Below, piece after piece: positions 38,938-51,902 of a stretch of DNA of 64,000 nt. The position numbers were made by a program, and so were the translations under genes. Below the pieces are notes generated by a model. The model was given only the letters and a program-made list of their open reading frames with translations, did not search any database and was not told where the DNA came from. Every line of letters begins with the position of its first letter. The stretch's first letter is position 1. The DNA comes from Mobula hypostoma (taxonomy: Eukaryota): NCBI RefSeq assembly GCF_963921235.1, contig NC_086117.1:43214001-43278000 (forward strand). Direction: 5' to 3'.

Positions 38938-41429
38938 GGCACCTTGTCAAAGGCCTTCTGAAAGTCCAAATATAGAACATCCACTTCATCCCCTTTATCC
39001 ATCCTACTTGTAATTTCCTCAAAGAATTCCAACAGGTTCATCAGGCAGGATTTTCCCTTAAGGAAACCATGCTGACTTTGTACTATCTTGTCCTGTGTCA
39101 CCAAGTGTTCCATCACCTCATCCTTAACAATTAACTGTAACATCTTCCCAATCACTGAGGTCAGGCCAACTGGCCTATAATTTATTTTCTACTGCCTTCT
39201 TCCTTTCTTAAAGAGTGGAGTGACATTTGCAATTTTCCAGTTCTCTTTCACCATGCCAGAGTCCAATGATTTTTGAAAGATCATTTCTAATGCCACCACA
39301 ATCTCTAACGGCATCTCTTTCAGAACCCTAGGGTGCAGCTCATCTATTTTATTATTATTATTATTCATCTGGTCTGGGTGACTTATGTACCTTTAGGTCT
39401 TTCAACTTTTTGAGCACTTTCTCTTTTGTGACAGAGACTGCACCCTATCATGTTACTAGAGCACTTTAAGATTTAATTTCCTGTTATCTTTCAGGATAAG
39501 TTCTGTCATGATCTTGAGTGATAGCCTTCCAGTCTATTTTAACCCCAAGTTAAAAGATGGGGTCCACATAAACTTACGCCTGCTGTACATGAGGATTCAT
39601 GGCAAGTATATAGAAGACTAGTATCAATTGCATTTTTCCATACCTTCTTCATTCATAGCAATCAATGTTCATGCATCTGCCAGACACTCCACATATTGCC
39701 ACATTCTGTCCATCACAATACTATCCATTTATCACTCCAGAATGGAAAAAGGAAGGCATCCCTACAACCCGACACCACTAATCTCTAGCTCAGAAACTGG
39801 CAATTCAAGGTTTCAACAGGCTGGAGGACTGCAATTTAGATGCAGAGACAACTGGTGCTAGCCGTCTGTAAATAAGCAACGCAAATACACCCCCCACAAA
39901 GCAAAGCAGCACATCAGCCCTACCTGGTTGATTTGGACAAGAACTTCAAAATGAAACATACAGGAACATACTGTGAAATCTTATCAAAATACCTTACCTA
40001 GTCTGTCTGACAGAATGCAAAAGATGTTATGCAAGATTCCATCAACGTAATTATGTAGGACATGTTCTGTTTGACATGCAAAACCTCTTTTCACTGTATC
40101 TCAGTACACGTGACAATAATAAACCAATGCTAACTCTGGAAGTTTATGCAAAACATTGGATACATATTTCTAGACAGTAAATGGTGTGAAATTCCATGCC
40201 CGTGAAATTAACATTTCTTTCAGGCAGCCACTGCTGAAGCAGGTTTCTGACTGCACTGAACAGAAATGGAGATCACTGAGTGAAACTGAATATTCACGCT
40301 TCAGAGAATATGCTTAAAACACAACTCTACTTACTGTAACCTGTAATCAAACTGTAGTTCTTTAAAAGGAGAGGTGCTAGCAAAGAACAAATTGTTTCTG
40401 AAGGGAATAGCTTATTTTTTAAATATCTAATTTCATTTTATGAGTTTAGCATCAATGTTCAGAAAACTAAACAGTTCAGCTTCTTTCTCCTCCACCAGAT
40501 TACTGAATGGATAATGAACCCATAAACACTACCCAAGTTACTTTTTCCTCTCTTTTTCACTACTGATTTAATTTACTTTCTATATATACTCCTTATTGTA
40601 ATTTATAGTTTTTATAATGTATTGCAATGTACAGCTGCCACATCAACCAATTTCACCACATTTGCCAGTTATATTAAACCTGATGCTGATTCTAAGATTT
40701 GTTCAAATCTTTAAAGCTTAATCACTTCAATGAAATATGCAGATAATGTGACAAGGGGGGCTTTTAAACATGGTGCAATGGTCTTGTATCTCTACAGTCT
40801 TTATATTCAATTTATTTATTATCAATAGTACTTTATCATTATGTACTACAATGTACTGCAGCAATATTCTATTTATTAAAAGTGTATTGGATATAAATAG
40901 CATTTAAACGGTGATTTTGTAGGTCACTATTTTGAAGCAGTGTGCATATTCTGGCATTTCCCCTTCAGCAATGAAATGGAACTGCTGCAAAGATGAAGTG
41001 AATTTTTCAAGCAAAAATATGTCAGCACTGCCAGTTATTTTAATGAATTGTATAACTTTTACTGTCTTGTGAGCATAATCATTTATCCCATCCAAGAGAG
41101 GCTTTTGTTACAGGATCTGAATCTGTAGTGAGGCTTTCTTAGAAAACTACATGCAGACAGTAAGAGTATGGAACTCTGGAGGTAATGACATTCTGATAGC
41201 AACGTCTTTTTCAATGCTCTGCTTTCAAACCTTCAACTAACTAGAGCATCAAATCCAATGCATTCATCAAACACATTTGTTGTGTGTATGACAACAAATC
41301 TTGAATTTGTTGTATTGCTGGAAGACAAGAGATTTGTCATCTGTTTGGTATGATACTACATTTGTAGTAATGTGCTTGATTAGATAATATTGATTGGTCA
41401 AGGTCAAAGATCATTACAGAGTCTATATC

Positions 41430-44400
41430 ATAAGATATAGAAGCAGAATTAGGCTGCTTGGCCCATCAAATTTGCTCTGCTATTTCATCATGGCAGATTT
41501 AATTTTCCTCTCAGCTCCAATCTCCTGCCTTCTCCTGGTATCCCTGACCAATTAAGAATCTATCAACCTCTGCCTTAATTATACATAAAGACTTGACCTC
41601 CACACCTGCCTGTGGCAAATAATTTCACAGATTCACCACCCTCTGGCTAAAGATATTCCTCATCATGTCCATTCTTAAAGGACATCCCTCTATTCCAAGG
41701 CTCTGTCCTCTGCTCTTAGACCCTCCGAGCACAGCAAACATCCTCTCTGTATCCACTCCACCAAGGCCTTTCACCAATCGTTAGCTTTCAATGAGGTCAC
41801 TCCTCATTCTTCTGAATTCCAGTGAATACAGGCCCCGAGCCAACAGATGCTCTTCATACGACAAGCCATTCAATTTTGAAATCATTTTCGTGAACTTCCT
41901 TTGCACCTCCAGTTTCAGTACATCCTTTTGAAGATAATGGGTCCAAAACTGCTCCCAATACTCCAAGTGAGGCCTCACAAGTGCTTTACATTACATTCTT
42001 TCTTTTATATTCTAGTCCACCTGAAATGAATGCTAACATTTTTGTATTTTCTCTTCATTTAGAAAATAGTCAACCCTTTCACTTATTCTACCAAAATTCA
42101 TGACCATACAGTTCCCGGCACTGTATTCCATCTGCCATTCCTTTGTCCATTCTCCTAATCTGTCTAAGTCCTTCTGGAGCCTATCTACTCTCTCAAAACT
42201 ACCTGAGTCTCCACCTATCTTTATATCATCTCCAAACTTCGCAACAAAGACATTAATTCCATCATCCAAATCATTGACATCTTATGTAAAAAGAACTGGT
42301 CCCAACACAGACTCCTGTAAAACACCACTAGTCACCGGCAGCCAACCAGAAAAGGCTCCCTTTATTCCCACTCTTTGCCTCCTGCCAATCAGCCACTGTT
42401 TTATCCATGCTAGAATATTTCCCATACTGTCATGGGCTCATAGCTTGTTAAGCAGTATTCATGTGTCGCACCTTGTGAGAGGCCTTCAGAAAATCCAAGC
42501 GTACAACATGAACCGATTCTCCTTTGTCTATCCTGCTTGTTATCTCTTCAAAAAATTCCAACAGACTTGTCAGGCAAGATATTCCCTTGAGGAAACCATG
42601 CTGAATATGGCCTATTTTATCATATGCCTCTAAATACCCTGAGACCTCACACTTAATAATTAATTCCAACATCGTCCCAACCACTGAGGTCAGACTAACT
42701 GGCCTATAGCTTCCTTTCTTCTGCCTCTTGAAGACTGGCATAACATTTGCAATTTTCCAGTCTTCTGGAACCATTCCACAATCTAGTGATTCTTGAAAGA
42801 TCATTACTAATGCTTCCAGAATTTCTTCAGACACCTCTTTCAGAACTGTGGAGTGTAGACCATCTGGTCCAGGTGACTCATGTACCTTCAGACCTTTCAA
42901 CTTCCCAAGAACCTTCTATCTAGTACGAGTAACTTCACACACTTCATGACCCTTGACACCTGGAACTTTCACCATACTGCTAATACCTTCCACAGTGAAG
43001 ACTGATACAAAATTTAGATTCAGTTCATCCGCCATTTCCTTGTCTCCCAATACTACCTCTCCAGGATCGTTTTCCAGCAGTTCAATATCCAGTCTCGCCT
43101 CTCTTTTACACTCTATGTATCTGAAGAAACTTTCAGTATCCTCTTTAATATTACTGGCTAGCTTACTTATGTATTCCATCTTTACCTTCTTAGTCACTTT
43201 TTTAATTGCCTTCTGTTAGTTTTTCGAAGCTTCCCAATCCTCTAACTTCCCACTAATTTTTGCTCTATTGTCTGCCCTCTCTTTGGCTCTTATGTTGGCT
43301 TTGACTTCTCTTGTTAGCCACTGTTGTGTCATCTTCCCTTTAGAACACTTTTTTTCTTTTTGGGTTGTATATATCCTGTGCCTTCCAAATTGTTTCCAGA
43401 AATTCCAGCCATTGCTGCTCTGTAATCATCCTTGCCAGTATCCTTTTCCAATCAATTCTGGCCAACTCCACTTTCATGCCTCTGCAATTCTCTTCACTCC
43501 ACTGGAATACTGATACAATGGACTTCAGCTTCTCCTTCTCAAATTTCACAGTGAATTTGATCATATTATGATCACTTTCCCCAAAGGGTTCCTTTTCTTT
43601 AAGCTCTCTAATCAATTCTGGTTCATTGCACAATACCCAATCCAGAATAGATGATCCCCTAGTGGGCTCAACCAGGAGCTACTCTAAAAAGCCTTCTCGT
43701 AGGCACTCTAGAAACTCACCCTCCTGTAAATCAGCACCAAACTGATTTTCCCAGGTTAACTGGCTATTGAAATCCTCCATGACTATTGTAACATTGCCCT
43801 TTTGGCATGCATTTTCTATCTCACATTGTAACTTGTAGACCACATCCTTACTACTGTTTGTGTATCTGCATACGACTCCCATCAGGGTATTTTTACCCTT
43901 GCATTCCTTGGCTCTGTGCACAATAATTCAACACCTTCTAACCCTCTGTCACCTCTTTCTAATTATTTGATTCCATTTTTTGCCAATAGAGCAACAATGC
44001 TCCCTCTGCTTTCCTGCATGTCCTTTTGATATAACATGTACCCTTGGACACTAAGCTCTCAGCTATAATCTTCTTTCAGCCATGATTCAGTTATGCTTAC
44101 AACATCATACCTGATATTCTGCAACTATGCTACAAGTTCATGTACCTTATTCCATATACTGCACACATTCAAATATAACACCTTCAGTCCTGTATTCACC
44201 CTTTTCAATTTTGTCTGCCTTTTACATTGCAACTCAGAATCAGAATCATCCTGCTGACTGCAATTTTGCCCTATCAACAGCCTCTCCTCAATACACATTG
44301 CCTGTTTGTAAACCAGTTATCTCATCTTCAGCACTATCATCCGCCCTTCCTTTGATACTTCTTGCATTGAAATATAAGCAGCTCAGGACACTAGTCGCAC

Positions 44401-44770
44401 CATGTTCAACCTTTTGATTCTTAACTTTGTCTGAGGTCTTACCAACATCTGTCTCCACAACTTTTCTGGCACTCTGGTTCCCAACTCTCTGCAACTCTAG
44501 TTTTAACCCCACCGTGCAATATTAATAAACCTTCCGACTAGGACATTAGTTACCCTCCAGTTTCGGGTGCAAACGATCCCTTCAGTACAGGTCCCACATT
44601 CCCTGGAAAAGAGACCAATGATACAAAAATCTTACGCTCTTCCTCCTACACCAACTCCTTAGCCATGCATTAAACTGTGTAATTTTTCTAGTTCTGGCCT
44701 CACTAGCACATGGCATGGATAGCAATCCTGAGATCATTACCCTGGAGGTCCTGCCCTTTAACTTATATCC
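41430..44770 (-). mobile_element. Long decayed CR1 LINE (ORF1 esterase-like C-terminus, APE endonuclease, RT, 3' UTR)
   Basis: ISGLL..FNAWLRSWCRR (ORF1), CLYFNARSI, SDHNMI (EN), SPGPDGLH, QHGFLKG, KFGDD (RT). Confidence 0.93.
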
Positions 44771-45923
44771 CATTGAACTATCATAAGAAATTACTTTGAC
44801 TCAATGCTTCAGCCTCATACCTGATAAAAGTGTATAGCAATGCAGCTGTAGAGTCTGCAATGACTTGGTTGAGACAGTGACAGATGGTCCTTTGGGCTTG
44901 CAGGGCAGGACAACAGGCAGTTAACTGAATACGAGTTGAATGTCAGGAGACGAATTACAGAATTTCTGGCAGGAAGATCTCGGAGATCTCTAAGCAATTA
45001 TTAACCCCACACTGGCACACAAAATACATTATATAGTTGCTTACTCAGGTTATTCTGACAGCATCACCCAAACCTACAATTTCTTCCACCAAGCCCTAAG
45101 GCAGAAGAAATATGAGAATGCTATCACCCATAGGTCTCTCCCGCAACAACAAAGCCACCTTCCCACAAAGTGAGACATATAATCAACCAACTCACTCAAT
45201 CTTTGGGAACTACCGAATTTCACAAATATGGCGCCATTCCTTCTGATGGTTTCCAGTGTACTCAGCAAACTGTAAAGTATGGTATAAAACATCATATGGT
45301 ATAAATCATTCTCAGAGTGATCTGGAGGCTAGAAATTCAGAATGAAGTGACTTTGACTGACAAAGACAACAGAATTTAGGCTGTAGCTCTGCTTACAAAG
45401 GATCACAGGCCTCTGACTTGGGAAAATTTAAAATCTCCAAGCATATTGCTGCTCAGAGATCCAGAGATACAAATGAGATTCCTCAACACTCTCGGGGAAT
45501 ATGGTTTACAGACATAAACCTCTCTTCCCCAATTTTATTAGGATCCTGGCATATTTATCCTGTCTTAAACACATTCTGCAGCTCTGCTATTGTTGTATAC
45601 CCAGATATATCAACTACCAAAGTGGAGGAATGCAGTATTCTCACCTAAAAGTCACTATGCATACTACTACTAATCCACCAGTAAGCCTGTCGAGTTGTTG
45701 AAGCAAACTGCAGAAGTGTCAATTAGCTCAGGTGCCATTTAAAATAAATTAAACTGCTATGAATAGAACAGCGATGCATTTAATAAGTACAAGGGGAAAA
45801 CATGATCCAATTTTATCTGACAATGCTACAAATGAGAACTGCACAAGGGTTGACATTATTCAGTGTGTTAAATCCATCAATATCCATCACAACATACAGT
45901 ATGTGGTTTCTATCAGATTCTAC

Positions 45924-46659
45924 AGGCTGATTTATACTTGTGCGTACCAGCTTACGTCGTAGCCTACGCAAGTGGGCTACGCCGTTGTGAGCATTTATAC
46001 TTGTGCGTTGGTGTGTCTGCGTCGCTCTGCAATTCACCACCGAAACGCTAGTTGGTGGTGGGGATTCTACGCCACTGTGTTGAGTTTCTTCGTGTTGAAA
46101 ATCAACATGAAAAAACTCAAACTTCAAACAATGGCGACTGAAACTGAAGGAGGGTGAATTTTCTGTGCTTGTCCGGCCACTGAGAGACATGGACAAGGAA
46201 ATACATTTCAAATATTTTCGGATATCGGCAGGTAGATTTGACGGTTTGGTTTATCATCTCCAACCATTTATTTCACATCAGTGTACACACAGTATACTCA
46301 GAGACTGGCAATCACCATTTGAGTTCTAGCTTCAGGTGGAAGTCAAGAGGCTGTAGCAGCTAGCTACAAACTGGTGTCAAGCACAGGGTCCTCCATAATT
46401 TCGGAGGTCTGTAAAGCTTTATGGAAAGCATTGCAGCCAGAGTTCCTTCCCTGCCCTTCTTCGCCCAATGGGAAGCTTTTGGAGCGTAGGAGGAAATGCG
46501 ATGCTACCAAGCAGACCAATCACAGCTGTTTTGGTCTGCATCGCCGCGACGCGTAGTTACATTTTGGGGGAGGTGCACGTTAGGCTACGGCGTAGTAGTA
46601 GGGTAGGCAGCTACACCGTACTTACGGCATACATTTGACACACAAGTATAAATCGGCCT
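45924..46659 (+). mobile_element. Non-autonomous PIF/Harbinger DNA transposon
   Basis: TIRs AGGCTGATTTATACTTGTG / CACAAGTATAAATCGGCCT with TAC/TAA flanks. Remnant [46 protein letters not shown] is typical of the Harbinger transposase N-terminus. Confidence 0.88.
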
Positions 46660-46783
46660 TAAGCATCTTCCACAACTATCTTTTACAGAGGGCTACCATT
46701 CTACAAAAGTAGGCGGTGCCAAACAAAAGCACAGCATAATAATTAACAGGCGAATGCACAAAAAGAAGTCCAAATTACCCTAC

Positions 46784-46841
46784 CTGAAGGCAAAGTAATG
46801 AGAATGGAAAACCAGATAAAATAAAATGTGGATGCTTCCAT
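46784..46841 (-). CDS. First coding (signal peptide) exon of the type I membrane protein gene
   Basis: Strong Kozak gtcaccATGG. MEASTFYFIWFSILITLPS+G, 58 nt, phase-1 donor CAG|GTAGGG; joins exon 36740 in frame. Confidence 0.78.
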
Positions 46842-46930
46842 GGTGACAGTGGTGTCTGTTGTACTTTAAAGCCTCCAACCACCACAAGGTGGCACAAAGA
46901 GATATTTTGTATAATACATGCCTTTGATTA

Positions 46931-47046
46931 CCAATGCCTTTGGGGATTGTGACATCACATAATATTATTGTTACTGACTTGCATCACTTCAGTTTTACCT
47001 GTACTTTGCAGTCTATATGACAGAACAATATGACACTGTGACATCA
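46931..47046 (-). promoter_or_regulatory. Candidate proximal promoter: two TGTGACATCA (CRE-like) sites and a CCAAT
   Basis: TGTGACATCACA at 46948-46959, TGTGACATCAA at 47037-47047 and CCAAT at 46931, 90-205 bp upstream of the ATG. Confidence 0.45.
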
Positions 47047-47377
47047 AGGTTTCATGGAGCACAATTACAGAACACTTGAAGGCATTCAAATAAAACAAAC
47101 CCTTCATTTTTCATTAAATTCTGAAAGTATTATGCCGTGAAATATTTTAAGTGTTCACCAAATCTGGCCAGAAAGTCTGATGTAGGCATCGTCTTGGACT
47201 GATGTGCAATTGCTGATGGCCAAGTTTGCAAATGATACGAAAACAGGTGGAGGGGCAGTTAGTGTTGAGGAAGCAAGGAGTCTGTAGAAGAGTGCAGAGA
47301 AATGAGAATGGGACCAAAATGGCAGATGGAGTACAATGCAAGGAAGTGCATGGTCATGCACTTGGGTTGAAGGAAAG

Positions 47378-47575
47378 GGCTGGGGGCACAGTGAGATCAG
47401 GGCCCAGCTCCAGAACGGAGGTTCCCGAGTTCGATCCAGTGACAGACCGCTCCCTAGCGCACTCTCCATCCGTGCTGGGTTGATGTCGACCTCGTTAAAA
47501 AAAAACACTGCCACCTCCAGTTTAACTTCCCACGCAGAATACTGTGGAGGTTCAAATACCCAAAACCCAAAAAAT
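47378..47575 (+). mobile_element. tRNA-derived SINE (family B, tail type 1)
   Basis: B box GAGTTCGATCC; body CCATCCGTGCTGGGTTGA shared with 63368-63659; different 3' tail. Confidence 0.75.
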
Positions 47576-50024
47576 GGGAGCAAATTCAGAAATCAGACAT
47601 GCAAAGGAACTTGGGAGTCATTGTAAAGATTCCATTTAGATTAACATGCAAGTTGAGTTGGTTTAAGGAAGGCAAATGTAACGCTAGAATTCTTTTCAAG
47701 AGTATTAGAATATATAAAAAAAAACAACATTGTAATACTGAGGCTTTATAAGACATTGTTCAGACTGCACTTGAAGTATTGTAAGCTGATTTGAACCCCT
47801 TATCATAGAAAGGATAGGCTGGCAATTGGAGCGGGTTCAGAGGAGGTTTATGAGAATGATCCTGGGAATGAAAGGGTTAATGTATGAGGAGGATTTGATG
47901 GCTCTGCGACTGTATTCATTGGAGTTTAGAAGAATAACAGGGAATCTCATTGAAACCTATCGGATATAGAAAGGCCCAGATATAGTGGACATGGAGTAGA
48001 TATTTCCTATAATAGGGGAGTCGAGGTCCAGATGGCACAGTCTCAGAATACAAAGACATTCCTTTAGAAAAGAGGTGAGGGGGAATATCTTTATATCTTT
48101 AGTCAGAGGGGTGGGTCTGTGAAAGACATGGCTCTTGACAGCTGTGGAGGCCAAATCATCGGGTATATTTAAAGCAGAGGTTGATAGGTTTCTGATCAGT
48201 AAGGGCATCAAAGATTCAGTCATTTATCAATATTACAGTGGGGCAAAGGAATTACAGAGGCACGAGAAAGGAGTTGGCCAGTATTAATTGGAAAAGAACA
48301 CTGGCAGGGATGACAGCAGAACAGCAATGGCTAGAATTTCTGGAAGCAATCGGAAGGCACAGTAAATATAAATCCCAAGAGGAAGAAGTTTTTAAAGGGA
48401 AGATGACACAACAGTGGCTAACAAGAGAAGTCGAAGCCAACATAAAAGCCAAAGAGAGGACATATAATAGAGCAAAGGTGAGTAGGAAGTTAGAGGATTG
48501 GAAAGTTTTAAAAAAAAAGGCTATTTAGAAAGTCATTAAGGTAAAGATGGAATATGAAAGTAAGCTAGTCAATAATATTAAACAGGATACCAAAAGTTTC
48601 TTCAGATAGATGAATTGTAAAAGAGATGCAAGACTGGCTATCAGACTGCTTGAAAACTATTCTGGAAAGGTAGTAATGGGAGACAAGGAAACGGCAGATA
48701 AATTGAATGAGTGCTTTGCTTCAGTCTTCACTGTGGAAGACTCTAGCAGTATGATGGTAGTTCCAGGTGTCAGGGGCATGAGGTGTGTGAAGTTGCCATA
48801 ACTAGAGAGAAGGTTCTTGGAAAACTGAGAAGTCTGAAGAAGGTACATAAGTCACCTGGACCAGATGGTGTACACCCCAGAGTTCTGAAGAGGTGGCTAA
48901 AGGGATCATGGAGGCATTAGTAATGATCTTTCAAGAACCACTAGATTCTGGAATGGTTCCAGAAGACTGGAAAATTGCAAATGCCACTCTAGTCTCCGAG
49001 AAGGGAAAGAGCCTGAAGAAAGGAAACTATGGGCCAATTAGTCTGACCTCAGTGTTTGAGAAGATGATGGAATCGATTATCAAGCTTAGGCTCTCAGGGT
49101 ACTCAGAACCACATGATAAAATAAGCTGTAATCAGCATAGTTTCCTCAAGGGAAAATCTTGCCTGACAAATCTGTTGAGCAGGATGAGAATCAGTTGATA
49201 TTATGTACTTGGATTTTCAAAAGACCTTTGACAAGGTGCCACACATGAATACTGCTTAACAAGCTACGAGCCCATGGTATTACAGAAAAGATTCTAACAT
49301 AGATAAAGCAGTGGCTGATTGGCAAAGGGTGGGAATAAAGGAGAGCCTTTTCTGATTGGCTGCCAGTGAGGTGGTGTTCCACAGGGGTCAGTGTTGGGGT
49401 CAATTTTTTAAAATGTTATTTCATCAGTAATTTGGATGATGGAATTGATGGCTTTGTTGCAAAGTTTACAAACAATATGAAGATAGCTGGAGGGGCAAGT
49501 AGTTTTGAGGAAGTAGAGAGACTACAGAAGAACTTAGATTTGGAGAATGGACAAAGAAATGGCTGGTGGAATACAGCGTCGGTAAGTGTATGGTTATGCA
49601 CATTGTAGAAGAAATGAAAGGGTTGACGATTTTCTAAACAGAGAGAAAATACAAAATAAAAACTGAGGTGTAAAGGGATTTGGGAGTCCATGTGCAGGAT
49701 TCCCTAAAGGTTAATTTGCAGGTTGTCTGTGGTGAGGAAGGCAAATGCAATGTTAGCATTCATTTCAAGAGGACTAGAATATAAAAGCAATGATGTAATG
49801 TTGCAACTTTATGAAGCACTGGTGAAGCCTCATTTGGGAGTATTGTGAGCAGTTTGGGGCCCTTATCTTAGAAAAGATGTGCTGAAACTGGAGAGGGTTC
49901 AAAGTAGGTTCACGAAAATCATTCCAGGATTGAATGGCTTGTCATATTTAAGAGTGGTTTATAGCTCTGGGCCTGTATTCACTAGAATTCTGAATAATGA
50001 GGGATGACCTCATTGAAACCATCA

Positions 50025-51310
50025 AATAGACAATAGGTGCAGGAGTAGGCCATTCAGCTCTTCCAGCCAGCACCACCATTCACTGTGATCATGGCTGATC
50101 ATCCACAATCAGGACCCTTTTCCTGCCTTCTCCCCATATCCCTTCACTCCGCTATCTTTAAGAGCTCTATCTCTTTCTTGAAAGAATCCAGAGAATTGGC
50201 CTCCACTGCCTTCTGAGGCAGAGCATTCCACAGAACCACAACCCTCTGTGTGAAAAAGATTTTCCTCAACTCCATTCTAAATTGTCTACCCCTTATTCTT
50301 AAACTGTGGCCTCTGGTTCTGGCCTCCCCCAACATCGGGAACACCTTTCCTGCCTCTAGCCTGCCCAATCCCTTAATAATCTTCTATGTTTCATTCAGAT
50401 CACTTCTCATCCTTCTAAATTCCAGTGTATACAAGCCCAGTCGCTCCAATCTTTCAACATATGACAGTCCCACCATCCCAGGAATTAACCTCGTGAACCT
50501 ACGCTGCACTCCGTCAATAGCTAGAATGTCCTTCCGCAAATTTGGAGACCAAAACTGTACACAGTACTCCAGGTGTGGTCGCACCAGGGCCCTGTACAAC
50601 TGCAGAAGGACCTCTTTGCTCTTATACTCAACTCCCCTTGTTATGAAGGCCAACATGCCATTAGCTTTCTTCACTGCCTGCTGTACCTGCATGCTTACTT
50701 TCAGTGACTGATGAACAAGGGCACCTAGATCTCATTGTACTTCCCCTTTTCCAAACTTGACCCCATTCAGATTGTAATCTGCCTTCCTGTTCTTGCCACC
50801 AAAGTCGATAACCTCACATTTATCCACATTAAACTGCATCTGCCATGCATCTGCCCACTCACCCAACTTGTCCAAGTCACCCTACATTCTCATAACATCC
50901 TCCTCACATTTCACACTGCCACCCAGCTTTGTGTCATCTGCAAATTTGTTAATGCTACTTTTATTCCCTTCATCTAAATCATTAATGTATATTGTAAATA
51001 GCTGTGGACCCAGCACCGAGCCTTGCGGTACCCCGCTAGTCACTGCCTGCCATTCTGAAAAGGACCCATTAATCCCTACTCTTTGTTTCCTGTCTGCCAT
51101 CCAATTTTCTATCCATGTCAGTACCCTACCCCCAAAACCATTTGCTCTAATTTTGCACACTAACCTCCTATGTGGGACCTAATCAAAGGCTTTCTGAAAG
51201 TCCAGGTACACTACATCCACTGGTTTTCCCATGTCCATTTTCATAGTTACATTCTCAAAAAATTCTAGATGATTAGTCAAGCATGATTTCCCCTTTGTAA
51301 ATCTATGCTG
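50025..51310 (-). mobile_element. Young 5'-truncated CR1 nested in CR1
   Basis: Long open RT segments ([34 protein letters not shown]; LYRALVRPHLEYCVQFWSP) and an (AATAGAC)n tail. Confidence 0.92.
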
Positions 51311-51902
51311 AAATGGTGAAAGGCCTTGATAAGAGTGGATGTGGAGAGGATGTTTGTTATCTTGGGAGAATCCAAGACCAGAGGACACAGCCTCAGAATA
51401 CAGGAGCGCCTTTTAGAATGGAGATGATGAGGAACTTCTTTGGCCAGAGAGTAGTGAATCTGTGCAATTCTTTGCCATAGGTGGGTGCGGAGGCCAAGTC
51501 TTTATGTATATTTAAGGCAGAGGTTGATAGATTCTTGATTGGTCAGGGCATGGAGGGGTACTGGAAGATAGCAGGAGATTGGGACTGAGAGGAAAATTGG
51601 TTTAACCATGATGAAATGGCACAGCAGACTCGGTGGGCTCCTATTCTGCTCCTGTATCTCATGGTCTTATGGTTACAGGGAGAAGACAGGAGAATGGTGT
51701 TGCGAGGAATAATAATCAGCTATGACAGAATGGCAGAGCAGACTGAATGGGCTGAATGGCTTAATTCTGCTCCTATGTATGATGGTCTTGTCAGTAACAC
51801 ATTGAGAAGTTCAGAATATCATAAATTGCAAGACTGAAGTTAGAAATAGGACAAACAATTAAAAGTCATACTGATGTTTATACAAAGAAAGTACATTTTA
51901 AG

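Larger units (their letters stand above)
36918..39420 (-). mobile_element. CR1 LINE (minus, ~37040-39420) abutting a short plus-strand CR1 RT piece (36918-37045)
   Basis: YLDFQKAFDKVP, SGVPQGS, KFADDT and RPHL.YCV.FWAP motifs. Interrupted by the LTR at 38181-38937. Confidence 0.92.
47170..51790 (+). mobile_element. Mosaic of plus-strand CR1 LINEs
   Basis: RT and C-terminal motifs at 47170-48215 and 48235-51790. Contains a nested SINE (47378-47575) and a nested minus-strand CR1 (50025-51310). Confidence 0.9.
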
